Source of the DNA: Alphaproteobacteria bacterium | GTDB taxonomy: Bacteria > Pseudomonadota > Alphaproteobacteria > SHVV01 | Direction of reading: 5' to 3' | Length of the DNA stretch: 64,000 nucleotides | NCBI GenBank assembly: GCA_965261735.1 | Contig: OZ253470.1 | Location: 2,880,001 to 2,944,000, forward strand | Shown here: one piece after another, positions 55,274 through 64,000 of the stretch | Numbering within the stretch: position 1 is the stretch's first letter | Layout: each line of letters begins with the position of its first letter | Program-made: the position numbers and the translations under genes | Notes under the pieces: generated by a model | What the model was told of the DNA's origin: nothing | What the model saw: only the letters and a program-made list of their open reading frames with translations | The model's database searches: none

Positions 55274-57907
55274 TCACCGCAACAATTGGAACAGGCCGTT
55301 CACGGACTTCATAAGCCCAGACATCACCTCGGGAGGCAGCCGCCGGGCCGCGCCGGCGATGGCGACGGCGCGGGGATCGCCGGCGTAGTCGGCCGCGGGG
55401 ATGTCGGGCGAAAGCCCATCGGGGAAGGGGAAGGTCTCGAACGTGGTGGTCGGCGTGTAGCGCGGCCGGTCCTTGAGGCTGGTGCCGAGCCGCAGCGACC
55501 ACGCCTCGTGAAACCGGCTGTGCAGGATGCCGAAGGTCGTGTCGTCGTCGCGGGCGATGACGATGAGTTGATGGTCAGGGCAAACGCGAGCGTCGAGCCA
55601 GACGAATAGCCGATGCTTGGCGATCGTGGGCGTCGCGATGTAGCGCGGCAGGCCTCCGAGAGCCTTCCACATCTCCGGTCGAGGGCGTTCATGCCTCCAC
55701 CACTTGTCCCTGATTCTCTTGTCCCGGTTCTGTTGCCGCTTCGGGTAGACGTGTTCCCTGGCGTGCCGAAAGGGCTCCTCATAGAGCGCGGCATCCGCCT
55801 CCGACATGTTCCAGCCGAAATCGACGATCCACTTGTTGGCTGGGCGGCGGGTCAGGTCCATACCGTTCGCCCAGGGCTTGAGAACGTCGGCGTTGGGCCG
55901 TCCGTTCGGATTTGCGGGTAAGCGCAGCCACTCCCGCGCCAGACCTCCAGAAATGTCGAAAGCACCGCTCTTGGTGTCGCCCATGAAGGCGGTGCCGGAG
56001 TTAGCCGATAGACGCTTGGTCTGGGTCAAGTCGATCCCCACGCCCCCGCGCTTCGCCGTCAGGTCGGCGTGAATTTCGTCCACGGGCTCGCCGTCAAGCC
56101 GGACCTCGGGCGCGTGCGAGTCCTCCGAGGGGGAGAAGCACACGAGTGAGACCCGTACCGCCGCGCCATCGATCACCCAGGGTTGGTCGCTCCACGCGTC
56201 GAAGATCGGGCGTCCTTCGGTCCCGGCCTGCAAGGCCCGCCGGTTGGCTCCACCGCGAATGGAGTTGGTGGCGACCAGGCCGGCGCGGCGCGCCTTGCCC
56301 AACCCGATCTGCTGACCCGCCTTCACGAACCAGTAGCAGACGAGATCGGCTTCCGGGGGCACACGGTGCTTATAGGCCGCGAAGATTCGGGAAACACAGT
56401 CTTCGCCCAGCTCTTTGATCAGGAGCTTTCCCCCGAGAAATGGCGGGTTGCCCATCACGACATCGACCGTGGGCCAGTCCGGTTCGGTACCATCTGGCGC
56501 AAGGATCGCGTCGCGACATTCGATGGTCTCGAGGGGTTTGAGGATCGGGTCGCGGGCCTCGGTGAACCCGTTGCGCCGCATCCACTGGATTTCGCCGATC
56601 CAGACCGGCACGCGGGCGAGCTCGGCGGCGTAGGCGTTGATCTCGATCCCCTTGACGTTGGCCGGGCCGACCGCCGGGAAACCGCGTTGCAGGCCGAGCG
56701 CCTCGGCCTCAAGTTGCACCCGGTGCTCAATGTCCTTGAGCGCGTGCAGGGCCAGATAGAGGAAGTTGCCCGAACCGCACGCCGGATCGAGCACGGTGAA
56801 GGTCCGCAGGCGTTCGAGGAAGCTGCGCAGCATCCCATCCGCCTGCCGGCGCAGCCGGGTGCGTGCCCCCGGAGATCCCGCCGCCTCCGCTCGTTCGACC
56901 GTGGCGGCGATGTCGGCCTTCACGGTCTCCCACTCTGCCAGCAGGGGGCGGACGATCACCGGGTCGACGATCCGCATGATCTTGTCGCGGTCGGTGTAGT
57001 GCGCCCCGAGCTGCGAGCGCTTGTCGGGGTCGAGCCCGCGCTCGAACAGGGTGCCGAGGATCGACGGGTCGATCTCAGACCAGTCGAGCGCCGCCGCCTT
57101 GAGTACGCTGCCGATTTCGTGCCGTTCCAGCGGCAACGCGCTGTCGTCGTCGAACAGCCCGCCGTTGAACCACGCCACCGCCTCGAACCCGATCCGCCCG
57201 CCGGTCGCCATCGCCCCGAACAGGTCGCGGGCGAGTTCCGCGAACTCCTGCGGCCGCCGGCGCGCGTGCTCCAGCATCCGGGTAAACATGTCGTCGGGCA
57301 ACAGACCCGCGTCCTCGGCGAACATGCAGAACACCAGCCGGTTCACGAAGTGCGCTACCGTCTGCGGGTCGTGGCCGCGTTCCCGGAGCGACTGCGCGAG
57401 CTCCGCGAAGGTCGCCGCCGCGCGCTCGGTCACCATCTGACGCGTCTCGCCCGGCCGCAGCCGCTCCGGGTCGGACATCGCCCATTTCAGCTTGTCGCGA
57501 TTAGCGGCGTCGGCGAGATCGTCCAGCGCGAACTCGTGCGTCTCGCTCACACTGTTGGTCCAGTTGGTGCGGATGCGGAACCGCGCCATGTCGGAGACGA
57601 TCAGCAACGGCGGGTTCTCCAGCGCCAGCGCGTATTGCCGTAACTGGTTGAAGGCCGCGTCGAGGTCGGCACGCCGGCCCTTGTACTCCCAGGCGAAGCA
57701 GCCCCGCTTCCACACGTCGGCCCAGCCGTCGCCGCCGGTGTCCTTTCGCGCACCGCGCTCGAAGCAGTAGCTCTCGCCGGTCGGGTCGGCCTCCGCCGGT
57801 GTCGGCTCGCCCAGCATCCGGCACAGGTCGATGAAGTGCTCCTGCGCCGCCGAGCTTTCCTTCAACTCGGACGCCCGCCACTCGGCGATGAACGCGTCCG
57901 GCGTCAT
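55274..57907 (-). CDS. MmeI-like (Type IIL) restriction-modification DNA methyltransferase, probably C-terminally truncated
   Basis: AQEHFIDLC, WADVWK..WEYK nuclease-like motif, GAHYT, LDPACGSGNFL, GNPPF, ATNSIRG, PRYTPTTTFETFPFP; similarity appears to end at AARRL near 55335. Confidence 0.88.
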   Translation of the reverse strand: MTPDAFIAEWRASELKESSAAQEHFIDLCRMLGEPTPAEADPTGESYCFERGARKDTGGDGWADVWKRGCFAWEYKGRRADLDAAFNQLRQYALALENPPLLIVSDMARFRIRTNWTNSVSETHEFALDDLADAANRDKLKWAMSDPERLRPGETRQMVTERAAATFAELAQSLRERGHDPQTVAHFVNRLVFCMFAEDAGLLPDDMFTRMLEHARRRPQEFAELARDLFGAMATGGRIGFEAVAWFNGGLFDDDSALPLERHEIGSVLKAAALDWSEIDPSILGTLFERGLDPDKRSQLGAHYTDRDKIMRIVDPVIVRPLLAEWETVKADIAATVERAEAAGSPGARTRLRRQADGMLRSFLERLRTFTVLDPACGSGNFLYLALHALKDIEHRVQLEAEALGLQRGFPAVGPANVKGIEINAYAAELARVPVWIGEIQWMRRNGFTEARDPILKPLETIECRDAILAPDGTEPDWPTVDVVMGNPPFLGGKLLIKELGEDCVSRIFAAYKHRVPPEADLVCYWFVKAGQQIGLGKARRAGLVATNSIRGGANRRALQAGTEGRPIFDAWSDQPWVIDGAAVRVSLVCFSPSEDSHAPEVRLDGEPVDEIHADLTAKRGGVGIDLTQTKRLSANSGTAFMGDTKSGAFDISGGLAREWLRLPANPNGRPNADVLKPWANGMDLTRRPANKWIVDFGWNMSEADAALYEEPFRHAREHVYPKRQQNRDKRIRDKWWRHERPRPEMWKALGGLPRYIATPTIAKHRLFVWLDARVCPDHQLIVIARDDDTTFGILHSRFHEAWSLRLGTSLKDRPRYTPTTTFETFPFPDGLSPDIPAADYAGDPRAVAIAGAARRLPPEVMSGLMKSVNGLFQLLR

Positions 57908-58326
57908 CGCGGCGCCCGTGTGAACGCGCGACGGCGGGGGTATCGGCGCGCGCGTTCGGTTGGTGCGATAACGCTCATCGACGCACGAGCGAGGGGGGCA
58001 CACGGGGCAAGGACGAATACATCGGCGGGGTGTTCAGCCCAAATCGCAAATTCAAGAATTTATTTTGATATTATTTTTGCACACCCACGGGTCGACCTGG
58101 GTCGCACTTTTGTCAATTGTGACTTAAAACTTCCCATTTTTTGCGATCGAAAATTTCCCACTTGGAGGGTTCGGTCGTTCCCCCAAGCGCGGTGCTGGGG
58201 GTGTCGAACTCGGTGGAGCTGTGGGTAACCGGGTTGACGCAGCGACCGCTAAGAGTCTGGCGGCGGCAACCCGGTTATCCACAGCGGGCGGCCGCCGCCG
58301 TTGCTGTTTCCCTTTTTGGCCGGCGG

Positions 58327-59123
58327 TCACGACGCACCCCTCTTGCGGCGCCGATCCGAGCCGGACTGCAGCAGGTTCTGATGCTCCCTCATGCGGTAGC
58401 TGTTGCCGCGGATGTTGACGATGTGGCAGTGGTGCACCAGACGGTCGATGAGCGCCGCCGCCATCACCTCGTCGCCGAGCACGCCGCCCCATTCCTCGAA
58501 GCCCTTGTTCGACGTCAGCACCGTCGACACCCTCTCGTGCCGGGCGTGATGAGCTGGAAGAAGAGCACGGCGCCGTCCTGGTCGACTGGCAGGTAGCCGA
58601 TCTCGTCGACCACCAGCAGGGCCGGATGCGTCAGCACGCGCAACCGGCGCGACAGGTTGCCGGCGGCCTTGGCCTCGGTGAGCGATTCGATCAATCCCGC
58701 GAGCGTGCCGTAATAGACGCGCCGGCCGGATTGCGCCGCCGTGATCGCGAGGCTGATCGCCAAGTGAGTCTTGCCCACGCCGGGCGGGCCGAGATAGATC
58801 ACGTTCTCCCCTCGGTCCAGGAAGCCGAGCTCGTGCAGGCTCTCGATCTGCTCGCGCTTGATGCTGGGCTGAAAGGCGAAGTCGAACTGGTCCAGCGTCT
58901 TCACCGCCGGCAGCCGCGACGAGCGCATGGCGGTCTGGAGGCGACGGTTGTTGCGCAGCAGGATCTGGGCGTTCAGCAACTGCTCGATGGCCTCGGCCGC
59001 CGAGAGCGTGCCGCTGTCGGCCTCCGAGAGGATGCCGTCGACGGCCTCCAGCGCGCCGGGCATCTTCAGATCCGCCAGCATCGCCCTCAGCCGGTCGCGC
59101 CTGGTCGGCGCCGGGGCCTTCAT
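58327..59123 (-). pseudogene. istB: IS21 helper ATPase, frameshift near 58547
   Basis: FDFAFQP, GPPGVGKTHLA, VVDEIGYL, then TSNK..WG..AALIDRLVHH..GNSYR in another frame. Confidence 0.9.
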
Positions 59124-60103
59124 TGCAGCGCCTCCGCATAGACGCTGAGCGGTCGCCGCTCGACCTGCACGGTTGCCGGCAGGCGCCGTGGCGTCGGCTC
59201 CGGAGCCTGCACGAGGCCGAGACGCCGGTAGGGATGGTTCACCAAGGGCCCCAGAGCCGCCCGCTCGTCGCGCTCGAAGCGGTCGACGGGGCGCTCCCCT
59301 GTCGTAGCGTGCCGGCGCACGTTGGCCGTGGCCTCCAGCCAGCGCGCGGCCTGCTCGTTGAGATCGTCGTCGTTCGCGAAGGTGCGCCCGTAGAAGAAGC
59401 TCTCGCGGATGTAGCGGATCGGGCGCTCCACCTTGCCCTTCGTCCGGGCCCGATAGGGACGGCACGAGCGTGCCATGAACCCCCAGTGGGCGGCGAACCG
59501 CAGGAACTCCGCGTTCAGCACCAAGCCGCCGCCGGCCGCGCGATCGTGGGACAGCATCACGGCGCGCATCTGATCGAACAGCAGCTCCTCCGGAACCCCG
59601 CCGAAGCGGTCGAAGGCGCTCTCCAGCCCTTCCATCAGGACCGCCATCGTCTGCCGAGGGTAGAAGCGCAGCCACAGTAGCCGGGAGTAGCCGAGCACAA
59701 CCACCAAGGCATGGCGCCGGCCCCAGGGAAGCGTGAAGGTCCCGAAATCCACCTGGCCCTGGCGTCCCGCCGGTCGCGTCGCCCGCACGTAGTCGTTCAC
59801 GCGAGAGTAGCTGCCCGAGTAACCCGCGGCGCAGACCTCATCGAAAAGCCGCTTCGCCGACAGCTTCGGGAACGCCTCGAGACGCGCGTCGATGATCGCC
59901 TTGTAGGGATCCAGCTTGTGGGCCACCGGAGGACGCGGCGCATACCCTCGCGCCCCAGCCGAGAGATCCCGGTCCAGTTGGCCCGTCGTGACCCAGTTGT
60001 GGATCGTGCGCCGGTTCACCCCGAACCACCTCGACAGCTCCGCCTTCGAGACGCCTTGCTCCAAATAGTGCTTCAACAACATCCTGGTCTCCCATTCGTA
60101 CAT
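59120..60103 (-). CDS. istA: IS21 transposase, apparently with an in-frame deletion before GRQGQVDFG
   Basis: KLDPYK, QVDFG, LGYSR, FGGVP..LFD, TKGKVER; the usual RFET segment is missing. Confidence 0.85.
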   Translation of the reverse strand: MYEWETRMLLKHYLEQGVSKAELSRWFGVNRRTIHNWVTTGQLDRDLSAGARGYAPRPPVAHKLDPYKAIIDARLEAFPKLSAKRLFDEVCAAGYSGSYSRVNDYVRATRPAGRQGQVDFGTFTLPWGRRHALVVVLGYSRLLWLRFYPRQTMAVLMEGLESAFDRFGGVPEELLFDQMRAVMLSHDRAAGGGLVLNAEFLRFAAHWGFMARSCRPYRARTKGKVERPIRYIRESFFYGRTFANDDDLNEQAARWLEATANVRRHATTGERPVDRFERDERAALGPLVNHPYRRLGLVQAPEPTPRRLPATVQVERRPLSVYAEALQ

Positions 60104-60689
60104 TCGCGAACCGCCTCCCGCTCTGTTGGCTTCGCCAACAGAGCGGCCCGGTGCGCCTTCAGCGACAAGCCCAAAGTGAGAAATTTTGGGTCGCTACGAA
60201 TGGGAAATTTACGGTCGTTACCAACAACTTTCCCCCACGAACTGTAGGATCTTAAACCGTTTTCGGCTTTCCGCCCCAATAGCCAAGTGCATCGCAGTCA
60301 TAGGGGGTACCGGGGGGTGCCTTCATGGGCGGGGGTGGGGTCGCGTGCCAGTGTGCCTTCGTGCTGTGTGGCTCGGAAGTCTGCCGCATGCTGCTGTGAT
60401 GAGGGGCTGGAGACTGGCGTCATCCCCAAATCGTGCTGTCTTGGTTCGAAGAGGTCAGCGTCGCTTCCTGGGACGTTTGGTCATCGTCCACTCCGTGAGT
60501 ACGCCGTGCGTACGACAGGGTTTCTGCTGGCTCTGACCATTTCCCGAACACGTCTAGGCCGGTCTGCGCATTCTCCGCTTCCGTGGCGGTTGTAGATTGG
60601 GAGCCTCCTTGACCTGTCGACGCCGTTTCCTTCTACTGGCGCGGGGTGCACCGGCGGCCTCGGTGCGCACCAGGAAGGTCCGCCCCGAC

Positions 60690-61427
60690 ATGCCGGACGT
60701 CTCGCATTTTCTGCTGCTGCACGGCGCCTTCCACGTCGGCGCGGCGTGGGACAGCGCGATTGCCGCGCTGGCCGAAGCCGGCTTTACCGCCGAAGCCATT
60801 ACCTTTCCCGGACACGGTCGGTCAGTCGACCGCGCAGGCGTCACCTTCGCCGACTACGAAGATGCCCTGATCGCGGCACTTGACCGGCGACCCGGGCCGG
60901 TGATCCTGGTCGGGCATTCCGCCGCCGGCGTGGTCATGCAAACCGCGGCGCCCAGGGCGGCCGGCAAAGTAGCGGCGGTGGTGTTTCACAACGCTTTCAT
61001 CCTTGAACACGATCGCTCGATGATCGATTCGATCCCGCCGGAGATCGCGCGAAAGTTCCGCGCCGACGCGGCGGCGTCGCCCGACAACAGCCTCGCGGTC
61101 GACGCCGACTTCGTCGCGGCGGTGCTGATGGCGGGCGCCGATGAGGAGACGATCGACCAGACCCTCGCCGAGCTGGTACCGCAACCCTTCGGTTACTACA
61201 CCCACCGCGTCGATACCCAGCCCTTCGCCCGCATGACCTGCCCGAGATACGTGCTGCTTGCGGCCGACGACGCGTCGCTGCCGCGCGCGGCTTGGCTCGC
61301 CATGGCGGGGAGTCTGAGCCAACACAAGGTGTTCGAGATTCCGGGTGGCCACGAGGTGCTGTACACCGATCCCGATTCGCTGGCGCGCGCCCTGGCCGCG
61401 ATCGCGCACGACCTGGACGCGCGGTAG
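60690..61427 (+). CDS. Alpha/beta hydrolase (methylesterase-like)
   Basis: LLHGAFH, LVGHSAAG nucleophile elbow, DD, GGHE. Confidence 0.9.
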   Translation: MPDVSHFLLLHGAFHVGAAWDSAIAALAEAGFTAEAITFPGHGRSVDRAGVTFADYEDALIAALDRRPGPVILVGHSAAGVVMQTAAPRAAGKVAAVVFHNAFILEHDRSMIDSIPPEIARKFRADAAASPDNSLAVDADFVAAVLMAGADEETIDQTLAELVPQPFGYYTHRVDTQPFARMTCPRYVLLAADDASLPRAAWLAMAGSLSQHKVFEIPGGHEVLYTDPDSLARALAAIAHDLDAR

Positions 61428-61623
61428 CGGCTGGGGCGTTCGCGGGTGCCTACAGCAGCTTGAGCGTAGCGACCTCGAGTCCCACGACGGCGATCATGGT
61501 GAGGAGGGTGCGTGACCTTAGCCAAGAGCTTCGGTGATCGCTGACGCATCGAGTCTGCCGAACTGCAAAAACTGAGTAGCAACACCACGGCGTAATCGTC
61601 GCTACCGTCAGGCGCGACGAGCC

Positions 61624-62340
61624 TCACTGCCGCGATCTGCGCCACCCCGCCGCCCGGGCTTCGGCTTCGGAGCAGAACCAGCGCTCGCCTTTTGAGGTGC
61701 TGATCCTGGTGCGGTCGTAGTAGCGCCCGCCGGGCACATGGTAGATGCGCACGCCGTCGCTGGAAATGTTCCCCTTGATGCGGCATCCGCCGCCGCGGTT
61801 CGCGGCGCGGGGGATGGCGTGGTTTGTCTCCATGGCCGGCCCGGTGTCTCGCGCGGCGCTCGGCAGGCGCTTGCCCCGGCGCCAATCCCAGGGCGGCACG
61901 AAGTCGCCGCGCCAGACCCCCAGCCGCGACGCTTTCGCGTCGGCTTCCTCGTCCACATAGTCCTGCGCGTACCTGCGGTAGGCGAGCGCCCAGCCCTCGG
62001 ACACCATCCAGGCGTTGAGGTCCTCGCGCCCGGCCCGGCACACCGCCACGATGCGCCCGTAGCGGTCCTGATCCCTTTCTTCGCACACGACCGAGCGTCC
62101 GGAGATCCTGTCCTCCAGCATCAGCCGCGCAAGCCGACCGCAGATCCAGAGTTCTCCCTCGGCTTGGCAGCTCTGGCCGCGCTCGGGCGCGTCGATGCCG
62201 AACAGGCGGATCCGGGTTCCATCCACTTCGATCGTGTCGCCGTCGATCACCCGTGCCCGGCCCGACACATCCGCGTGGATAGGCCATACCACCGCAACGG
62301 CCGACAGGGCGATGCAGGCTATCGTGAGGATGTAGCGCAT
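61624..62340 (-). CDS. Secreted thermonuclease (SNase) family protein with C-terminal CRIKGNIS domain
   Basis: VIDGDT, RIRLFGIDAPE, DRYGR, IKGNIS..IYHVPG..ERWFCSEAEARAAGWR. Confidence 0.92.
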   Translation of the reverse strand: MRYILTIACIALSAVAVVWPIHADVSGRARVIDGDTIEVDGTRIRLFGIDAPERGQSCQAEGELWICGRLARLMLEDRISGRSVVCEERDQDRYGRIVAVCRAGREDLNAWMVSEGWALAYRRYAQDYVDEEADAKASRLGVWRGDFVPPWDWRRGKRLPSAARDTGPAMETNHAIPRAANRGGGCRIKGNISSDGVRIYHVPGGRYYDRTRISTSKGERWFCSEAEARAAGWRRSRQ

Positions 62341-62631
62341 GGTCTTGCTCTGGCGCCCGAGCCCGGCTTCCGGGGCAGTGCCGATATGGTCGCATGTGGT
62401 CATGCTGGTGCCAACGCGAGGCGGCCGGTCGGTGTCGGCCGGCGAAATCACGCTGGTCGACGCTCCTCCTCTCAGCGGCGGCGGCCGATGAGCTGATGCA
62501 GGGTGCTCACAAAGGCCGCTGGAAGGGCTCGGTGCATCTCAGCGCTATCGCGATCCTGTTCGCGAAAGCGTTCTGGGCCGCTTAGCCCAATGGGCGCTCG
62601 TGTCCGGGTGCGTTACCCTGATACATTCCTG

Positions 62632-63983
62632 ATGGTATGGACGCCCCCTACGGCTTCACGATGAGCCATACTGGAGTGTGTTGAACAACCCAGACAGAGG
62701 GAGCGTCCACGATGGATATTACGACAATTGGGTTTGATCTGGCAAAGACGGTGTTCCAGGTTCACGGTGCTGATGGTGAGGGACGACCGGTACTACGGCG
62801 GAAGCTGCGCCGCGGGAAGGTGCTGGCGTTCTTCGCCGGATTGCCATCCTGTCTTGTCGGTATGGAAGCCTGTGCCTCTGCGCACTATTGGGCTCGGGAA
62901 CTGCAAGCACACGGGCACAAAGTTCAGCTGATTCCGCCTCAATACGTTCGTCCCTTCGTCAAAACGAATAAGAACGACGCAGCGGATGCGGAAGCGATCT
63001 GTGAGGCAGTGACGCGTCCGACGATGCGCTTTGCACCGGCGAAAAGCGCCGAGCAGCAGTCGGTTCTGATGCTGCACCGGGCCCGAGAGCTGTTGGTCCG
63101 TCAACGCACGATGGTGATCAATGCGCTTCGCGGCCACTGTGCGGAGTTCGGACTGATCGTCGCTCAGGGGGCGTCGAAGGTGGAGGAACTGGTTGCCATT
63201 ATCGAAGATCCCGGCGATGTGCGACTGCCGCCTCTGGCACGCGAGGCGCTTGGCTCTCTGGTTGAGCAGCTCCGTTCTGCTCAGGCCCGGATCAAGCAGC
63301 TGGAAGTGACGCTTTTGGCATGGCACCGCTCCAACGAGGCGAGCCGCCGTCTTGCGACGATCCCCGGCGTCGGTGTCATCACCGCGACGGCGCTGGTCGC
63401 GACGATCGGCGATGGCGCACAGTTCCGCTCGGGCCGACAGCTTTCGGCCTGGCTCGGTCTCGTGCCCCGGCAGCACTCGAGTGGCGGCAAGGATAGACTG
63501 GGACGGATATCGAAGCGCGGGGATGGCTATATCAGGCGCTTGCTCGTGCATGGTGCGCGAACCGTGCTGCGCTGGCGCCGCGCCAAGCCGGGCACGGGGC
63601 CTGGCTGGACCGACCGGCTCCTGGCGCGGCGGCCGACAAACGTGGTGCTGGTCGCCATGGCCAATAAGACAGCCCGTGTCGCCTGGGCACTGCTCAGGTA
63701 CGAGCGTATCTACCGACCGACGCCGGCATAGCCAGCTGGCAAACCGGGATCAAATTGCGAGGGTGACGACGATTTGATGGCGAAACAGGGTTCCACCCGA
63801 GATCGGCCAAACCCGAGGCATTGTCCGAGCATCAAGCTCGTTAGTCTGACTGGGCGTCGATCTTTCGGATTCCATCAGGGCCAGCGGTCAGCGTACCGCA
63901 GCGAAAAGGCCGGATACATGACTGCAAGCTCTACCGCCGATTCAAATCAGTTTTCCCCTTGCAACACCGGGGGCGTCCATACA
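62632..63983 (+). mobile_element. IS110-family (IS1111 group) element 2; transposase 62712..63731
   Basis: GFDLAK, MEAC, KNDAADAEAI, GLVPRQHSSGGK; subterminal IRs TATGGACGCCCCC / GGGGGCGTCCATA; core TG at both junctions. Confidence 0.95.
63732..63965 (+). ncRNA. Putative bridge/seek RNA of IS1111 element 2 (ends approximate)
   Basis: ATACATGA (63914-63921) and CCATCA (63872-63877) match the two strands of the predicted circle junction ATACA-TG-ATGG. Confidence 0.7.
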
Positions 63984-64000
63984 TGGACCGACCGGCTCCT

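Larger units (their letters stand above)
58111..60226 (-). mobile_element. IS21-family element (defective)
   Basis: TG..CA ends with repeated TTCCCA boxes; 5-bp TSD ACTTT (58106-58110, 60227-60231). Confidence 0.93.

Noticed and set aside
60118-60146. Perfect 13-bp hairpin upstream of istA
   Set aside because: Real, but most simply an IS-internal terminator or translation control; no evidence for more
60232-60560. G-rich non-coding stretch resembling a phage cos region or structured RNA
   Set aside because: No terminase or HNH gene nearby and no fold I can support by eye

Overview
High-GC, probably alphaproteobacterial window (inferred from gene content and repeat families) that is a mosaic of metabolic blocks and decayed accessory DNA. 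Apparently intact genes include an LLM oxidoreductase, an MFS transporter, CopA, EttA, four tandem DMT transporters, four Rieske oxygenase alpha subunits (two CntA-like), an NMT1-type ABC binding protein and permease, and an Nfu / CCAEP-tail radical SAM / ATP-grasp unit next to a rhodanese and trans-sulfuration genes. Mobile DNA is dense: three IS1595 copies plus an orphan end, three IS256, two IS110/IS1111 plus an orphan end, IS21, a rearranged IS3 with an abutted IRR-IRL junction, an ISKra4 remnant and two 3' tRNA fragments. Best candidates for undescribed biology: (1) a three-gene operon of a TIM-barrel-like Cys/His protein, an Xre-MbcA/ParS antitoxin and a RES toxin, now broken by frameshifts and an IS1111; (2) a co-oriented ~180-bp multi-hairpin repeat family (6 copies) at the borders of cargo modules; (3) the CCAEP radical SAM / ATP-grasp / Nfu / rhodanese locus; (4) a lysozyme-like gene between two paralogous secreted proteins and a tape-measure remnant; (5) a sigma54-driven PEP-CTERM protein built from phage tail-collar domains. 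The two IS1111 copies show bridge/seek-RNA guide covariation with their own core dinucleotides. Many single-base frameshifts may be assembly errors. All family assignments are from motif recognition by eye; no searches were run.
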